From: Acidimicrobiia bacterium
GTDB lineage: Bacteria; Actinomycetota; Acidimicrobiia; Spongiisociales; Spongiisociaceae
NCBI GenBank assembly: GCA_041576165.1
Contig: JBFGLM010000029.1
Span: 1 to 61,604 of the forward strand
Direction: 5' to 3'
DNA length: 61,604 bases
Shown here: piece after piece, positions 9,422-18,875 of the stretch
Layout of the letters: each line of letters starts with the position of its first letter
Numbering within the stretch: position 1 is the first letter of the stretch
Notes under the pieces: generated by a model
The model's database searches: none
What the model saw: only the letters and a program-made list of their open reading frames with translations
What the model was told of the DNA's origin: nothing
Program-made: the position numbers and the translations under genes

Positions 9422-9680
9422 CCGGTGTCCAGCGAGGTGGCCGGATGACGATGAAACGGCAAACGCGCGGTAAGGCCCGACGTCATGTACGACCGACGGC
9501 GGTCGCAACCTCACACCAGCCTGCCGGGGGCTCGTGCGTCTGGCGGGACGCGCTCGGTCCCGGATACGCCGTGGGAGTCGGCGACCAGCTCGCCGGCATG
9601 GCCGCTCGCACGGCCACCCGGCCCTACCGGTGCGCCTGAAGGACCCCTGGGGCCGGGATTCGTCCAGCCGCCGCGAATCA
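9422..9680 (+). ncRNA. Candidate structured non-coding RNA (possibly Ms1/6S-like)
   Basis: TACAAT -10 at 9412-9417; 5' and 3' ends can pair; several internal hairpins; lies in a 340-bp gap with no credible ORF. Confidence 0.4.
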
Positions 9681-9704
9681 GGCCGAGTGACCGCGCGCTG
9701 CGAC

Positions 9705-11081
9705 TCAGGCGGCCGGATGCACGTTCTGGTTGAGCCGGAAGACGTTGTCGGGATCCCACCGCGCCTTCAACCCGGCCAGGCGTCCGTAGTTCGCCGAACC
9801 GTAAGCTTCCTCGACCCGCCCTTGTCCTTCTATCCCGATGTGGTTGATGTAGGCGCCACCGGCCGAGTCGGGTAATGCGGCTTCCCATGCTTCGCGGGTC
9901 CAGGTGATTTGGGGCTCCCGCTTGGGATTGTCGGGGAGCCACATGCCGGCGATGGTCAAGCTGTGGGCGGCGTGGCGGAACGCAAACGCCGTGGCGTCGG
10001 GCTCCACCCGGGCCACCTGGCCACCCATGGGATGGATGAGGATCTGGTTGAGAGGTGAGGTCGGCACCGCCCCGTATGCGACCAAACCGGCGATGGTGTC
10101 CTGACCGAGACCAGACAGCCATTCGGCTTTCACGTATGAATGAATCCCAGGCGGGTTGGCCGCGTCCACCATTCGCTGCAGCTCCACGTACGGGATCGGT
10201 CCCATCAGGTCGACCGCCGGCCGGAGCGCATCCCGTACCGGTGCCAGCGCCGCTTCCCCATCTTCGACCCGGCCAAAGTAGGCGCCGGCCAGCACGGCTA
10301 CCGGCCGGCCCTGCAGGTGCGCGGGTACGAACGGCGCGGGTGGGGCCGTGACGAGCGCGGCCATGAGCGAGACCTCATCCGGCGCGTCGGCCGCGGCCGC
10401 ATGCAGCAGCTCGAGCACCTCCGCAGCCTTGTCATAGGGATAGAGGAGCGGCCCTCCATAGAGCAGCGGGCCCACCGGATGCAGACGGTAGACGAAACGA
10501 GTGACGATGCCGAAGTTGGCACCAGCGCCCCGCAGTCCCCAGAACAACTCTGGGTGTTCGGTGGCGGAGACGGTCACGACTGCGCCTTCGGCAGTCACCA
10601 TCTCGGCCTCCAACAGATTGTCTGCGGCGAGACCGCACGTCTTCTTCAGCCAGCCGAACCCGCCGCCCAACGTGAGACCGGCGATGCCGGTGTCGGACAC
10701 CTCGCCGCCGGTGGTCGCCAGACCGTGCGCCTGGGTGGCCGCGTCGAATTCGCCCCATACGAGGCCCGGCTCGGCGTAGGCCACTCGGCGCACCGGGTCG
10801 ACCTCGATCTTCTTCATCCGGGACAGGTCGATGACGATGCCGCCGTCGCAGGTCGACAATCCGGCGATGCTGTGGCCGCCGCCTCGCACCGCCACCAGCA
10901 GGTCGTGTTCGCGGGCATGACGGAGCGCCGCCACCACGTCCGACGTCCGAGTACAGCGGGCCACCACCGCCGGATAGCGATCGATGTCCGCATTCCAGAC
11001 TCGACGTGCTGTGTCGTAATCGGCGTCGCCGGGTGTGATCAACTCGCCCTGGAAGTCCTTGATACCTTCGAGTGTTCGCAC
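9705..11081 (-). CDS. FAD-binding oxidoreductase (BBE/6-hydroxy-D-nicotine oxidase-like)
   Basis: RGGGHS covalent-FAD motif, GLTLGGG, LRGAGANFGIVT, YIN, KARWDPDNVFRLNQN; GGAG SD before GTG at 11081. Confidence 0.93.
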   Translation of the reverse strand: MRTLEGIKDFQGELITPGDADYDTARRVWNADIDRYPAVVARCTRTSDVVAALRHAREHDLLVAVRGGGHSIAGLSTCDGGIVIDLSRMKKIEVDPVRRVAYAEPGLVWGEFDAATQAHGLATTGGEVSDTGIAGLTLGGGFGWLKKTCGLAADNLLEAEMVTAEGAVVTVSATEHPELFWGLRGAGANFGIVTRFVYRLHPVGPLLYGGPLLYPYDKAAEVLELLHAAAADAPDEVSLMAALVTAPPAPFVPAHLQGRPVAVLAGAYFGRVEDGEAALAPVRDALRPAVDLMGPIPYVELQRMVDAANPPGIHSYVKAEWLSGLGQDTIAGLVAYGAVPTSPLNQILIHPMGGQVARVEPDATAFAFRHAAHSLTIAGMWLPDNPKREPQITWTREAWEAALPDSAGGAYINHIGIEGQGRVEEAYGSANYGRLAGLKARWDPDNVFRLNQNVHPAA

Positions 11082-11228
11082 GTTTTCTCCTTGATGTAGG
11101 TCGAACACCCGGAACGTACGGACGCCGGAACGCGGCGTGAATCCCAGAAGCGAGGGGTTGGTGCGCCGAAATCCGTCGGGCACACCCAGATCGTTCGAAG
11201 CGATTCCAGGCCGCAGGGCGAGGACCGC

Positions 11229-12329
11229 CTATGGTGCAGCCACACCCTCGTAGTGGAGTGTGTTGTCGGGCCCGTCAACCGCGTCAAAGGGGTCATCGAA
11301 ACGCGGAATCTCTTGGCATTGGGCGGTCACAGACCCCCCGGCGTCGTAGGAGGTGATGGAGAAGGCCACCACTGCCGGATCGCCATTGCCGGCGTTGGGC
11401 GAGCCGGTCGGAACATCGCTGTAACCGCCGCCGGAGCCACTGAACCGGTCGGAGCAATCCACTGCCACCGGCCCGAACAAGCCGATCCCAAAGTCGGCTG
11501 AGGCTGCGGAGGTGTTACCGATCACCGTCTTGCCGATCATGCTCCCGGCCGGTGGTTCGAAGTAAAAGGTGAACACGTTCTCTCCCGGCACCGCCGCGGC
11601 CGGGAAAATCCCCTGGTCGAAGAAGCCGCGATCATCCCCCTGCCGGTAGCCGGCATTCTCCGGAGTCGAGAACGGAACCGCCTGCTCACCCGCCTGGGTA
11701 GGGAACGGACCGGCCACGCACACTGCCTGCGCGCCCGGGTTGCCGGCCGGTACGTCCGGCACCAGTGGATCACTGTCGGACAGGACACCCGCACACAGGT
11801 CCTGGCCCAGCACCGGAGAATCGACATTCAGTTCGGTCATGTACCCCAGCGTGTCGAGGTTCTGGATCCGGAAACGGACGAAGAACTCCGGAGTACCGAC
11901 TTGCGGCTTCGCAGCCTCGACCGCAGCCTGCCAAGGACCATCAACGGTGGGGCCGACGTCTGCCTCCACGTCGAATTTGGGCCCCGGTCCCCCGGCGAAT
12001 TCGAATGTCGCAGCCAGGATCGTAGCCAGGATCGTCGTCGTGGTGGCCAGCGTCGTCGTCGTAGCCTGCGTCGTCGTTGTGGCCCCGGTAGTCGTGGTCG
12101 CAGCAGTCGTGGCCGTTGCCTCGGTGGTGGTCGACCCCGTGGTTGGAGTGGTTCCCAGCGTCGTCGCCTCAGCCGTGGCGCTGGTGGGAGATGTCGTAGC
12201 AGTGGTGAGGGTGGTGCCGAGCACGTCCGAGGCATCGGTGGCCTCCTCCCCGCCACCTCCGCACGCAGCGGCGATCAACGCGCACGTCAGCACCAGCGCT
12301 ACGAAGACACCCTCGCGGTGCAACCCCAT
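11229..12329 (-). CDS. Lipoprotein with Thr-rich linker, function unknown
   Basis: LIAAAC-GG lipobox-like site, long T/A low-complexity stalk, Cys-containing beta-rich C-terminal part. Confidence 0.75.
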   Translation of the reverse strand: MGLHREGVFVALVLTCALIAAACGGGGEEATDASDVLGTTLTTATTSPTSATAEATTLGTTPTTGSTTTEATATTAATTTTGATTTTQATTTTLATTTTILATILAATFEFAGGPGPKFDVEADVGPTVDGPWQAAVEAAKPQVGTPEFFVRFRIQNLDTLGYMTELNVDSPVLGQDLCAGVLSDSDPLVPDVPAGNPGAQAVCVAGPFPTQAGEQAVPFSTPENAGYRQGDDRGFFDQGIFPAAAVPGENVFTFYFEPPAGSMIGKTVIGNTSAASADFGIGLFGPVAVDCSDRFSGSGGGYSDVPTGSPNAGNGDPAVVAFSITSYDAGGSVTAQCQEIPRFDDPFDAVDGPDNTLHYEGVAAP

Positions 12330-12403
12330 GGAACGCGAAGCTAGCCGTGACCGGGGCGTTTATCGACGTTTTGCCCGCCAGGAGCCATGGTGTTCCATGC
12401 CCA

Positions 12404-14203
12404 TCACGCGGGACAGGTCGCCCGTTGGGGCGGGACTCCCCCCACCTCCTCGGCCTTTTCGTACTCGTCCTCGGCGGCCGTGGGATCGTCGAGGTGGCAT
12501 GCGAAGATGTCGCCCCGCAGCCCCCGCATCGCAGCCTCATCGACCCGGTCGAGCGACAGGTCGATGGCTTCCTCGTACCGTTCCAGTGCCCGCTCGTAGT
12601 CCCCCCGGACCACATCCTGTAACGCCAAGCTGCGCAGCGCCTCGGCGACAATATTTCTCAGCCGCTCGTTGGACCCGTCGTAGCTCGCCACGACCGCGTT
12701 CAGTTCCCGCTCGGCATCGGCCCAGCGATCCTGACCGGTCAGCGCCAGGCACTGGTACACCCGGCCGATCTCGAGCCGTGAGTGGATGTCCAGGAATGAC
12801 AGTGGCGGCGCCTCCATCGCGGCCACTCGCTCAAACTGCCGGATGACGGATTCCAACTGGGGGATGTTCGTGGGCCCCTCGGCCTCGTTGCCGGAGCACT
12901 GCTCACCCCGCGCCTCGATGAACTCGACCGCGGCTAGCCCGAACAGGGCTCGCGGGTAGTTGGGGTTCAACGCCAGGGCCGATTCGAAGTATCCCCGCGC
13001 CTCTTCCACCCGGTCCGGGCCGAGTTGACCGGTCGTCAATCCCAATATTTGAAGGACGACTTCCCGTCCGGACTGTTCGCCGCGCCACGCTTCGTTGGCC
13101 GATGTGAGATGTTCGTAGGCCGTTGAGTAGTCACTGATTGAGAAGTAGCTCAGGCCGACCACCAACTCGGCGATCGCAGTTGCCTGATTCTGCAGGACTT
13201 GGGCAACCTCGCGCCGGACGGTGACAGGATCAGTCGCGTTGATCTCGGTGGTTCCCAGCGAATAGGCGCCGGCCAGCTCCTCGACGTTGCGGAGATTGCG
13301 ATCGGACAGATAGAACTCGGCGTCGAACCGCGATACGCCCCCGCTCATCTCCAGATCTCCCATCAGGACCACATCGGCGTTGATCCCGGTTGCGATCCGT
13401 TCCGCCTCCACCGCCCGTGCGCTCAGGTCCGTCCCGACCACGGCGCCCACGGCGGCCGGGTCGGCCACCTGCAGTGCAGTCAACTGTCCGCCGGCCTCGA
13501 ACCGGGAAAGTTCCTGCTCGACAGCGGTGTGAACCGCCGACGCCAGTTGTTGTGCGTCCGGCTGCTCCGCATCACCCGAGGCGGAGAACTCGGCGATCGC
13601 CAGGTTGAAATCGCCACTCATCGGATCAGGGCCCCGGAACAGTGTCCGCGCCGCGAACCCGAGCGACACCACTGCGATAGCGAGAACCGCCGTGAGCGCC
13701 CAGCGGTGGCGAGCCAACAGGCGCATCCGCCGGCCACCGATCTGTTCGATGACGTGCGCCATATCGTCGTCAAACCGGGTGGCGCGCACCTCTACCCCAT
13801 TGCGGAACGCCAGATCTCTGACGTCGGAGGGAAGGCCGTCTGGATCCGGCATGACCGCGCCATCGACGAGGACGGGGATTATTCGAAGATCCGCCTCCGA
13901 GAGTGCCAGCCGCACTTCGGTCCGGACGTGATCGTCTTCTTCCAGAAGCCTGACCCGTCCACGGTCATCGGTGATCGTCAGCCATTCAGGCCCGATCACG
14001 ACCAGCATCACATCCGCTACCGCGATACTCGTCTCGACCGCCTCAACAAAATCCACGCCTGCGTCGATGGCGTCCACGTCCCGGAACACATTGCTGCGGC
14101 CGTAGTGGGCCGCCAGACGGTCGTAGATGCGTCCGGCCGATCCGCCCGCGTCATCCCGCCGATAGCCGATGAAAACCTTCACCCCGGCTCCTTCTGACGA
14201 CAA
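12404..14203 (-). CDS. TIR domain - transmembrane - TPR protein
   Basis: VFIGYRRDD, FRDVDAI, VVIGPEW, DHVRTEV, IPVLVDG (TIR_2); TM WALTAVLAIAVVSLGFAA; C-terminal TPR-like helices. Confidence 0.85.
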   Translation of the reverse strand: MSSEGAGVKVFIGYRRDDAGGSAGRIYDRLAAHYGRSNVFRDVDAIDAGVDFVEAVETSIAVADVMLVVIGPEWLTITDDRGRVRLLEEDDHVRTEVRLALSEADLRIIPVLVDGAVMPDPDGLPSDVRDLAFRNGVEVRATRFDDDMAHVIEQIGGRRMRLLARHRWALTAVLAIAVVSLGFAARTLFRGPDPMSGDFNLAIAEFSASGDAEQPDAQQLASAVHTAVEQELSRFEAGGQLTALQVADPAAVGAVVGTDLSARAVEAERIATGINADVVLMGDLEMSGGVSRFDAEFYLSDRNLRNVEELAGAYSLGTTEINATDPVTVRREVAQVLQNQATAIAELVVGLSYFSISDYSTAYEHLTSANEAWRGEQSGREVVLQILGLTTGQLGPDRVEEARGYFESALALNPNYPRALFGLAAVEFIEARGEQCSGNEAEGPTNIPQLESVIRQFERVAAMEAPPLSFLDIHSRLEIGRVYQCLALTGQDRWADAERELNAVVASYDGSNERLRNIVAEALRSLALQDVVRGDYERALERYEEAIDLSLDRVDEAAMRGLRGDIFACHLDDPTAAEDEYEKAEEVGGVPPQRATCPA

Positions 14204-14302
14204 ACGCTACCGGTGGAGCCGGCCAAATCGACGTTTGTCGCTCGCAGGCGAGGTTCGCGAAGGAGCCCGCGGCTCCCGGCGCCGGGGCCGTCGTCGGCCG
14301 GG

Positions 14303-14710
14303 TCAGTCGGACGGAGCCGGCCCGTCCACGTTGATAACGGGTGGTCCGTGGCCAGCACGGACGACGACCAGGTGACTTTCTTCGTCCGACGGATTGGCTT
14401 CGCGATGCACTGCTCCCTTCGGGACGTGAAGAAAGTCTCCGGGCACTGCGTCGACCACGTCGGCGCCGCCCGGACCCGACTCCATTCGGACCGCCCCGCT
14501 CACGACATAGATCGTCGTGTCGTACTCACCGTGGTGATGCCAACCGGACACCATGCCCGGCTCGGTCCTCACCAGGCCGGCCCACATCCCGTCGACCGAC
14601 AAGGCCTGTTCGCGCACCATGCCCGGCGTGGGGTCGGCCTCGACCCGCTCCGCTGGGGTCACGAGGGAAACCGGATCAGACGCAGCCATCATTGGCTCCT
14701 TTCCAACCAC
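14303..14710 (-). CDS. Cupin domain protein
   Basis: SGWHHHGEYDT..YV and PGDFLHVPKGAVHRE cupin motifs. Confidence 0.85.
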   Translation of the reverse strand: MVGKEPMMAASDPVSLVTPAERVEADPTPGMVREQALSVDGMWAGLVRTEPGMVSGWHHHGEYDTTIYVVSGAVRMESGPGGADVVDAVPGDFLHVPKGAVHREANPSDEESHLVVVRAGHGPPVINVDGPAPSD

Positions 14711-14757
14711 TGATTCTCCCAGACGCCGATCGCAGTTGACCCCCTCTTGCCGCCGCC

Positions 14758-15825
14758 TCAGCCGGCGGTGGATCCCGCCTCCAGCAACTTCCGTAGCTGG
14801 GCCAAGAACGCAGCAGCCGGAGCGCCATCGACGAACGCATGATCGAAGGTGAGGCTGAGGGTCATCGAGGCACGGGCGACAACGTCGCCCGCGTCGTCAA
14901 AGACGGGGAGTCGGCGCAAAGCGCCGACTCCCAAAATGGCCACCTGGGGTGGATTGACGATCGGAGTGAAGGCGTCGATGCCGTAGCCGCCCAGATTGCT
15001 GACCGAGAACGTCGCGTCGGCGAAATCCGACGCTGAGAGCGACCGCGACCGGGCTCGCTCCGCCAGCTGCCGGAGCGTGTCGGCGATTTCGTGAACGGTC
15101 AACTCGGCTGCATCGCGCACCACCGGGGCCACCAGCCCCTCGTCCGTCTGCACTGCCACTGCGACGTGAACATCCTCGCCCGCCACAAACCGATCACCGT
15201 CCGCGGTGCCGTTGAGGTACGGATGGTCCTTCAGTGCTTTGGCTGCACACGAAATCACCCAGGCCGTGATCTCCCCCGGCACCGGTCCCACCACCTCGGC
15301 ACGGGTTGTGAGCGTGACCGCCGCCGTTCTCGCGGCCGACTCCCGCATATTGCGGGCAATCACGGCGCGCAGGCCGGTCATAGCCGCGGCGCCGTCTCCA
15401 GGTTCGGCCGCGGCTGCAACATCTGCCTCGGACACTCGTCCCTGCGGCCCTGTTCCAGTGACACGACTCAGGTCGACGCCCAGCTCTTGCGCCAACCGCT
15501 TGGCCGCGGGTGACGCCACGACCCGCGTCCCGGCCGGCGCGCCAGCCCGTGGCGCCGCCGCCACCGCAGCCGGAGCGATCGGTGCATCGGCCGACTCCAG
15601 GATTCGACAGATGGGCTGGCCCTGGGGTACTGGCTGGTTGATCGGCACCAACCCTGAAACGATCCCGTCGGCCGGAGCCGCAATGTCCTCGGCAACCTTC
15701 TCGGCCTGAACCTCGGCAATGAGGGTGCCCACGCTGACGCGGGCGCCCTCATCAACCAGCCACGCTGTGACGACTCCGTCCTCACCCGCCTGGGTGATGA
15801 CGGGCATCAGCACCTCGATTGCCAT
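14758..15825 (-). CDS. Dihydrolipoamide acyltransferase (E2) of a 2-oxoacid/acetoin dehydrogenase
   Basis: Lipoyl domain (EVQAEKV), E3-binding ASPAAKRLA..GTGPQGRV, SNLG, FTPIVNPPQ, TFDHAFVDG. Confidence 0.9.
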   Translation of the reverse strand: MAIEVLMPVITQAGEDGVVTAWLVDEGARVSVGTLIAEVQAEKVAEDIAAPADGIVSGLVPINQPVPQGQPICRILESADAPIAPAAVAAAPRAGAPAGTRVVASPAAKRLAQELGVDLSRVTGTGPQGRVSEADVAAAAEPGDGAAAMTGLRAVIARNMRESAARTAAVTLTTRAEVVGPVPGEITAWVISCAAKALKDHPYLNGTADGDRFVAGEDVHVAVAVQTDEGLVAPVVRDAAELTVHEIADTLRQLAERARSRSLSASDFADATFSVSNLGGYGIDAFTPIVNPPQVAILGVGALRRLPVFDDAGDVVARASMTLSLTFDHAFVDGAPAAAFLAQLRKLLEAGSTAG

Positions 15826-15831
15826 GAGCGA

Positions 15832-16851
15832 TCAAGCCGCCGTCAGGGCTTTCACCCCCTCGACGATGTTGTCGGCGTCCGGCAGCACAAACTGCTCGAG
15901 TGCCCGGCTGTACGGGATCGGGACATCGGGAACCGCGATGCGACGCGGTGGCGCGTCGAGGTAGTCAAACGCTCCCTCAATGGCGGTGGTGATCACCTCG
16001 CCGGTCATGCCGAAACTGCGATAGTCCTCATCCACCACCAGCAGCCGGTGGGTCTTTTTCACCGACTCGACGATGGCGGTGCGGTCGAGCGGCACCAGCG
16101 AACGGAGATCCACCACCTCCGCTGATATACCGTCCCCCTCCAATTGCTCGGCGGCATCGAGCGCACGATGCACGGACAGACCTACAGTGACGATCGTCAC
16201 GTCTGACCCGTCACGAGCGATCGCCGCTTGCCCGATCGGAACCGTGTAGGGATCCTCCGGGACCGGCCCGGTCGCCCGTGGGTTGTGCGTCATCCAGCCC
16301 AGGCCCAACACGCCTTTGTGGAACATGTACAGGACGGGGTTGTCGTCGCGGATTGCTGAGATCATGAGACCTTTGGCGTCGTAAGGGTTCGATGGGATCA
16401 CGACTTTCATGCCGGGTAGGTGAGCAAAGGTGCCCCACAGTGTCTGCGAATGCTGGCCCGCATCCGAATACCCGCCGCCGGCAGCCATCGTCAACACCAT
16501 CGGGACCTTGACGTTGCCGCCTGAGAAGTAGTGGATCTTGGCCATGTTGTTGTAGATCTGGTCCATGCACACGCCGAAGAAATCGACGAACATCAACTCC
16601 GCGATGGGTCGCAGGCCGTTGATCGCTGCCCCAACGGCGGCCCCGATGAACCCCGTTTCTGAGATGGGCGTGTCCATGATCCGCTCGGGCCCGAACTGGT
16701 CGAGCAATCCTTCTGTGGCGCCGAAGATGCCCCCATACACGCCGATGTCTTCGCCGAGGACAAATACCTTGTCATCGCGCTCCATCTCCTGACGAATGGC
16801 TTCGGCAATCGACTTCTGTGTGGTGAGCTTGCGCTCGGTCATCGTGGTCAT
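15832..16851 (-). CDS. acoB: 2-oxoacid/acetoin dehydrogenase E1 beta subunit
   Basis: GEDIG, DTPISE, ELMFVDF, QHSQ, DLRSLVPLD; acoB versus pdhB specificity is inferred. Confidence 0.88.
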   Translation of the reverse strand: MTTMTERKLTTQKSIAEAIRQEMERDDKVFVLGEDIGVYGGIFGATEGLLDQFGPERIMDTPISETGFIGAAVGAAINGLRPIAELMFVDFFGVCMDQIYNNMAKIHYFSGGNVKVPMVLTMAAGGGYSDAGQHSQTLWGTFAHLPGMKVVIPSNPYDAKGLMISAIRDDNPVLYMFHKGVLGLGWMTHNPRATGPVPEDPYTVPIGQAAIARDGSDVTIVTVGLSVHRALDAAEQLEGDGISAEVVDLRSLVPLDRTAIVESVKKTHRLLVVDEDYRSFGMTGEVITTAIEGAFDYLDAPPRRIAVPDVPIPYSRALEQFVLPDADNIVEGVKALTAA

Positions 16852-16860
16852 CGCGGGCTC

Positions 16861-17847
16861 CTATGCGAACACGTGGAGGAGAGCATCCTCCGGCTTGGGC
16901 TCAGAACTCGACCGGGCGAACTCGAAGGCCTCGTCTACTTCGGCATACATCTCCTTGCGGATGTTCTCCTGCTCACCGTCGGTCAGTACCCCATCGGCTG
17001 CCAGTCGCGATCCGAAGGCCACGATTACGTCGCGGTCCGACATGGCGGCTTTGAAATCGTCGGTGCGGTACGCGTCTGCGTCACCCTCGAAGTGGCCCCA
17101 CAGGCGGTCGGTCTTCACCTCGATCAAGCTCGGACCGTCACCGGCCCGCGCCCGCGCGATGGCCTCGCCGGCCACCTCATACACCGCAACGGGGTCGTTT
17201 TCGGGCACGAGCACGCCCGGCATGCCATACGAAGTAGCTCGATCACTGTTGTCGTTGATAGCGGTTACCAGCTCCTTCGGCACGGAGATGGCGTAGGCAT
17301 TGTCTTCGCAGATGAAGACGACCGGCACCTTCCAAATCGCAGCAAGGTTGAGCGCCTCATGGAATGCGCCCTGGTTGGCCGCACCCTCGCCGAAGAAGGA
17401 GAGGGCGACATTGTCCTTGCCGAGTCGCTTGAATGCGAGGGCGGCTCCCACCGCAACGGGCATGCCTTCGGCGATGATGCCCGAACAACCGAAGTTGGGC
17501 TCGGTGGAGAACAGATGCATGTGTCCACCCTTGCCATGACCCAGCCCGGAATCCTTGCCGAAGATCTCGGCAGCCATCATCTTGAGATCCATGCCCTGTG
17601 CGATCGCCACGTGGTGGGGACGATGGGTGGCAGTTATCGCATCACCCGGCTTGAGATGCGGCATGACGCCGACTGCCACCGGCTCCTGTCCGGCCGCGAG
17701 GTGCATCTCGCCCGGCACCGTGCCGGCTGTGATGTCAAAGACGGGCTGCTTGCCCTCCATGTAGATCTCGCGAAGCTGCTCCTCGAAGCGACGAATCTTC
17801 ACCATGGTCGCGAACATGTCGACCAGGTGCTGTCTGGGGATCTCCAC
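16861..17847 (-). CDS. acoA: 2-oxoacid/acetoin dehydrogenase E1 alpha subunit (TPP-dependent)
   Basis: GEMHLAAGQE, THRPHH, GKGGHMH, FFGEGAANQG...N, GHFEGD; GGAGG SD before GTG at 17847. Confidence 0.88.
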   Translation of the reverse strand: MEIPRQHLVDMFATMVKIRRFEEQLREIYMEGKQPVFDITAGTVPGEMHLAAGQEPVAVGVMPHLKPGDAITATHRPHHVAIAQGMDLKMMAAEIFGKDSGLGHGKGGHMHLFSTEPNFGCSGIIAEGMPVAVGAALAFKRLGKDNVALSFFGEGAANQGAFHEALNLAAIWKVPVVFICEDNAYAISVPKELVTAINDNSDRATSYGMPGVLVPENDPVAVYEVAGEAIARARAGDGPSLIEVKTDRLWGHFEGDADAYRTDDFKAAMSDRDVIVAFGSRLAADGVLTDGEQENIRKEMYAEVDEAFEFARSSSEPKPEDALLHVFA

Positions 17848-18102
17848 GGTGGCCTCCTTTGCCCGGGTACCGCCGGAGGTCGAGGTTGGTCGCTCCGGCG
17901 GACACCGCCCCAATGATCAGGCCCTGCCTGGGCCATGGGCGAAAGCTACTCCGTCGGTCGGCCGCGATGCAGGTCCCAAAGTCCCTTCGTTTGGGCAGGC
18001 GGACGGTTCCCCCGTGGGCGGACATAGGACCGTCGACCCTGGCGAGGGCTGGCCGTCGCGACCGATGCTGGGGTCGTACGTGACCTACTAGAAGGAGCGC
18101 AG

Positions 18103-18579
18103 ATGCCGAGCGTGAAAGAGGCCGCGGCCGACTTTCTGACCTGCAAGCGAATCGCCGTTACGGGCGTGTCGCGCAACCCGTCGGGCCATGGCAGCAATAT
18201 CGTCTATCAGCGGCTTCGCGACCGCGGTTATGACGTCTACGCAGTCAACCCCAACGCCGACACGGTCGAAGGCGATCCGTGCTACATGGATTTGAAGTCA
18301 ATCCCCGGCGGGGTCGAAGCAGTCGTGATCGGTACGCGCCCCCAACTGGCCGAGGTGACCATCCGTGAATGTGCCGAGCTGGGCATCACCAGGGTTTGGA
18401 TGCACCGCTCGTTCGGCGAGGGAAGCGTATCGGACACGGCCGCCGCATACGGCCGCAGCCACGGCATGACGGTGATCGACGGGGGCTGCCCGCTCATGTT
18501 TGACCCCACCGGCGACTTCGGCCACAAGGCCATGCGGGTGCTCTGCAGGTTGACGGGAGCAATACCGAAGGAGGTTTGA
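18103..18579 (+). CDS. CoA-binding domain protein (YccU-like)
   Basis: KRIAVTGVSRN, YAVNPN, VWMH, GGCPLMF. Confidence 0.85.
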   Translation: MPSVKEAAADFLTCKRIAVTGVSRNPSGHGSNIVYQRLRDRGYDVYAVNPNADTVEGDPCYMDLKSIPGGVEAVVIGTRPQLAEVTIRECAELGITRVWMHRSFGEGSVSDTAAAYGRSHGMTVIDGGCPLMFDPTGDFGHKAMRVLCRLTGAIPKEV

Positions 18580-18875
18580 CCGGAACCGTCCAGCCCACCC
18601 CGCTGCCCGCATCGGGCGGCACAGACACGGCAGAGATTGCGAACCGATCGACACGTTACTCGACGTCTTCCCAGTCTCCGGCGCGCCGAGCGCACCACGG
18701 TCTCTGTGGTGCTTCGGCCGAATATTTCCCAGGTTGACCGGTGCCGGAGTGGAAGCTGGGGCGACAAAACCGAGCGCCGGCAGGGTGCGATGGCGGCGGC
18801 CACATCGACGGGACCAGCGGCGGTTGATGGTGATCCAGTCTCCACGGAGCGCTGGACGGGTAGGCTGCGCCACGA

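Noticed and set aside
12010-12220. GTCGT-rich tandem-like repeats
   Set aside because: They encode the Thr/Ala stalk of a lipoprotein; not a CRISPR array or DNA repeat element
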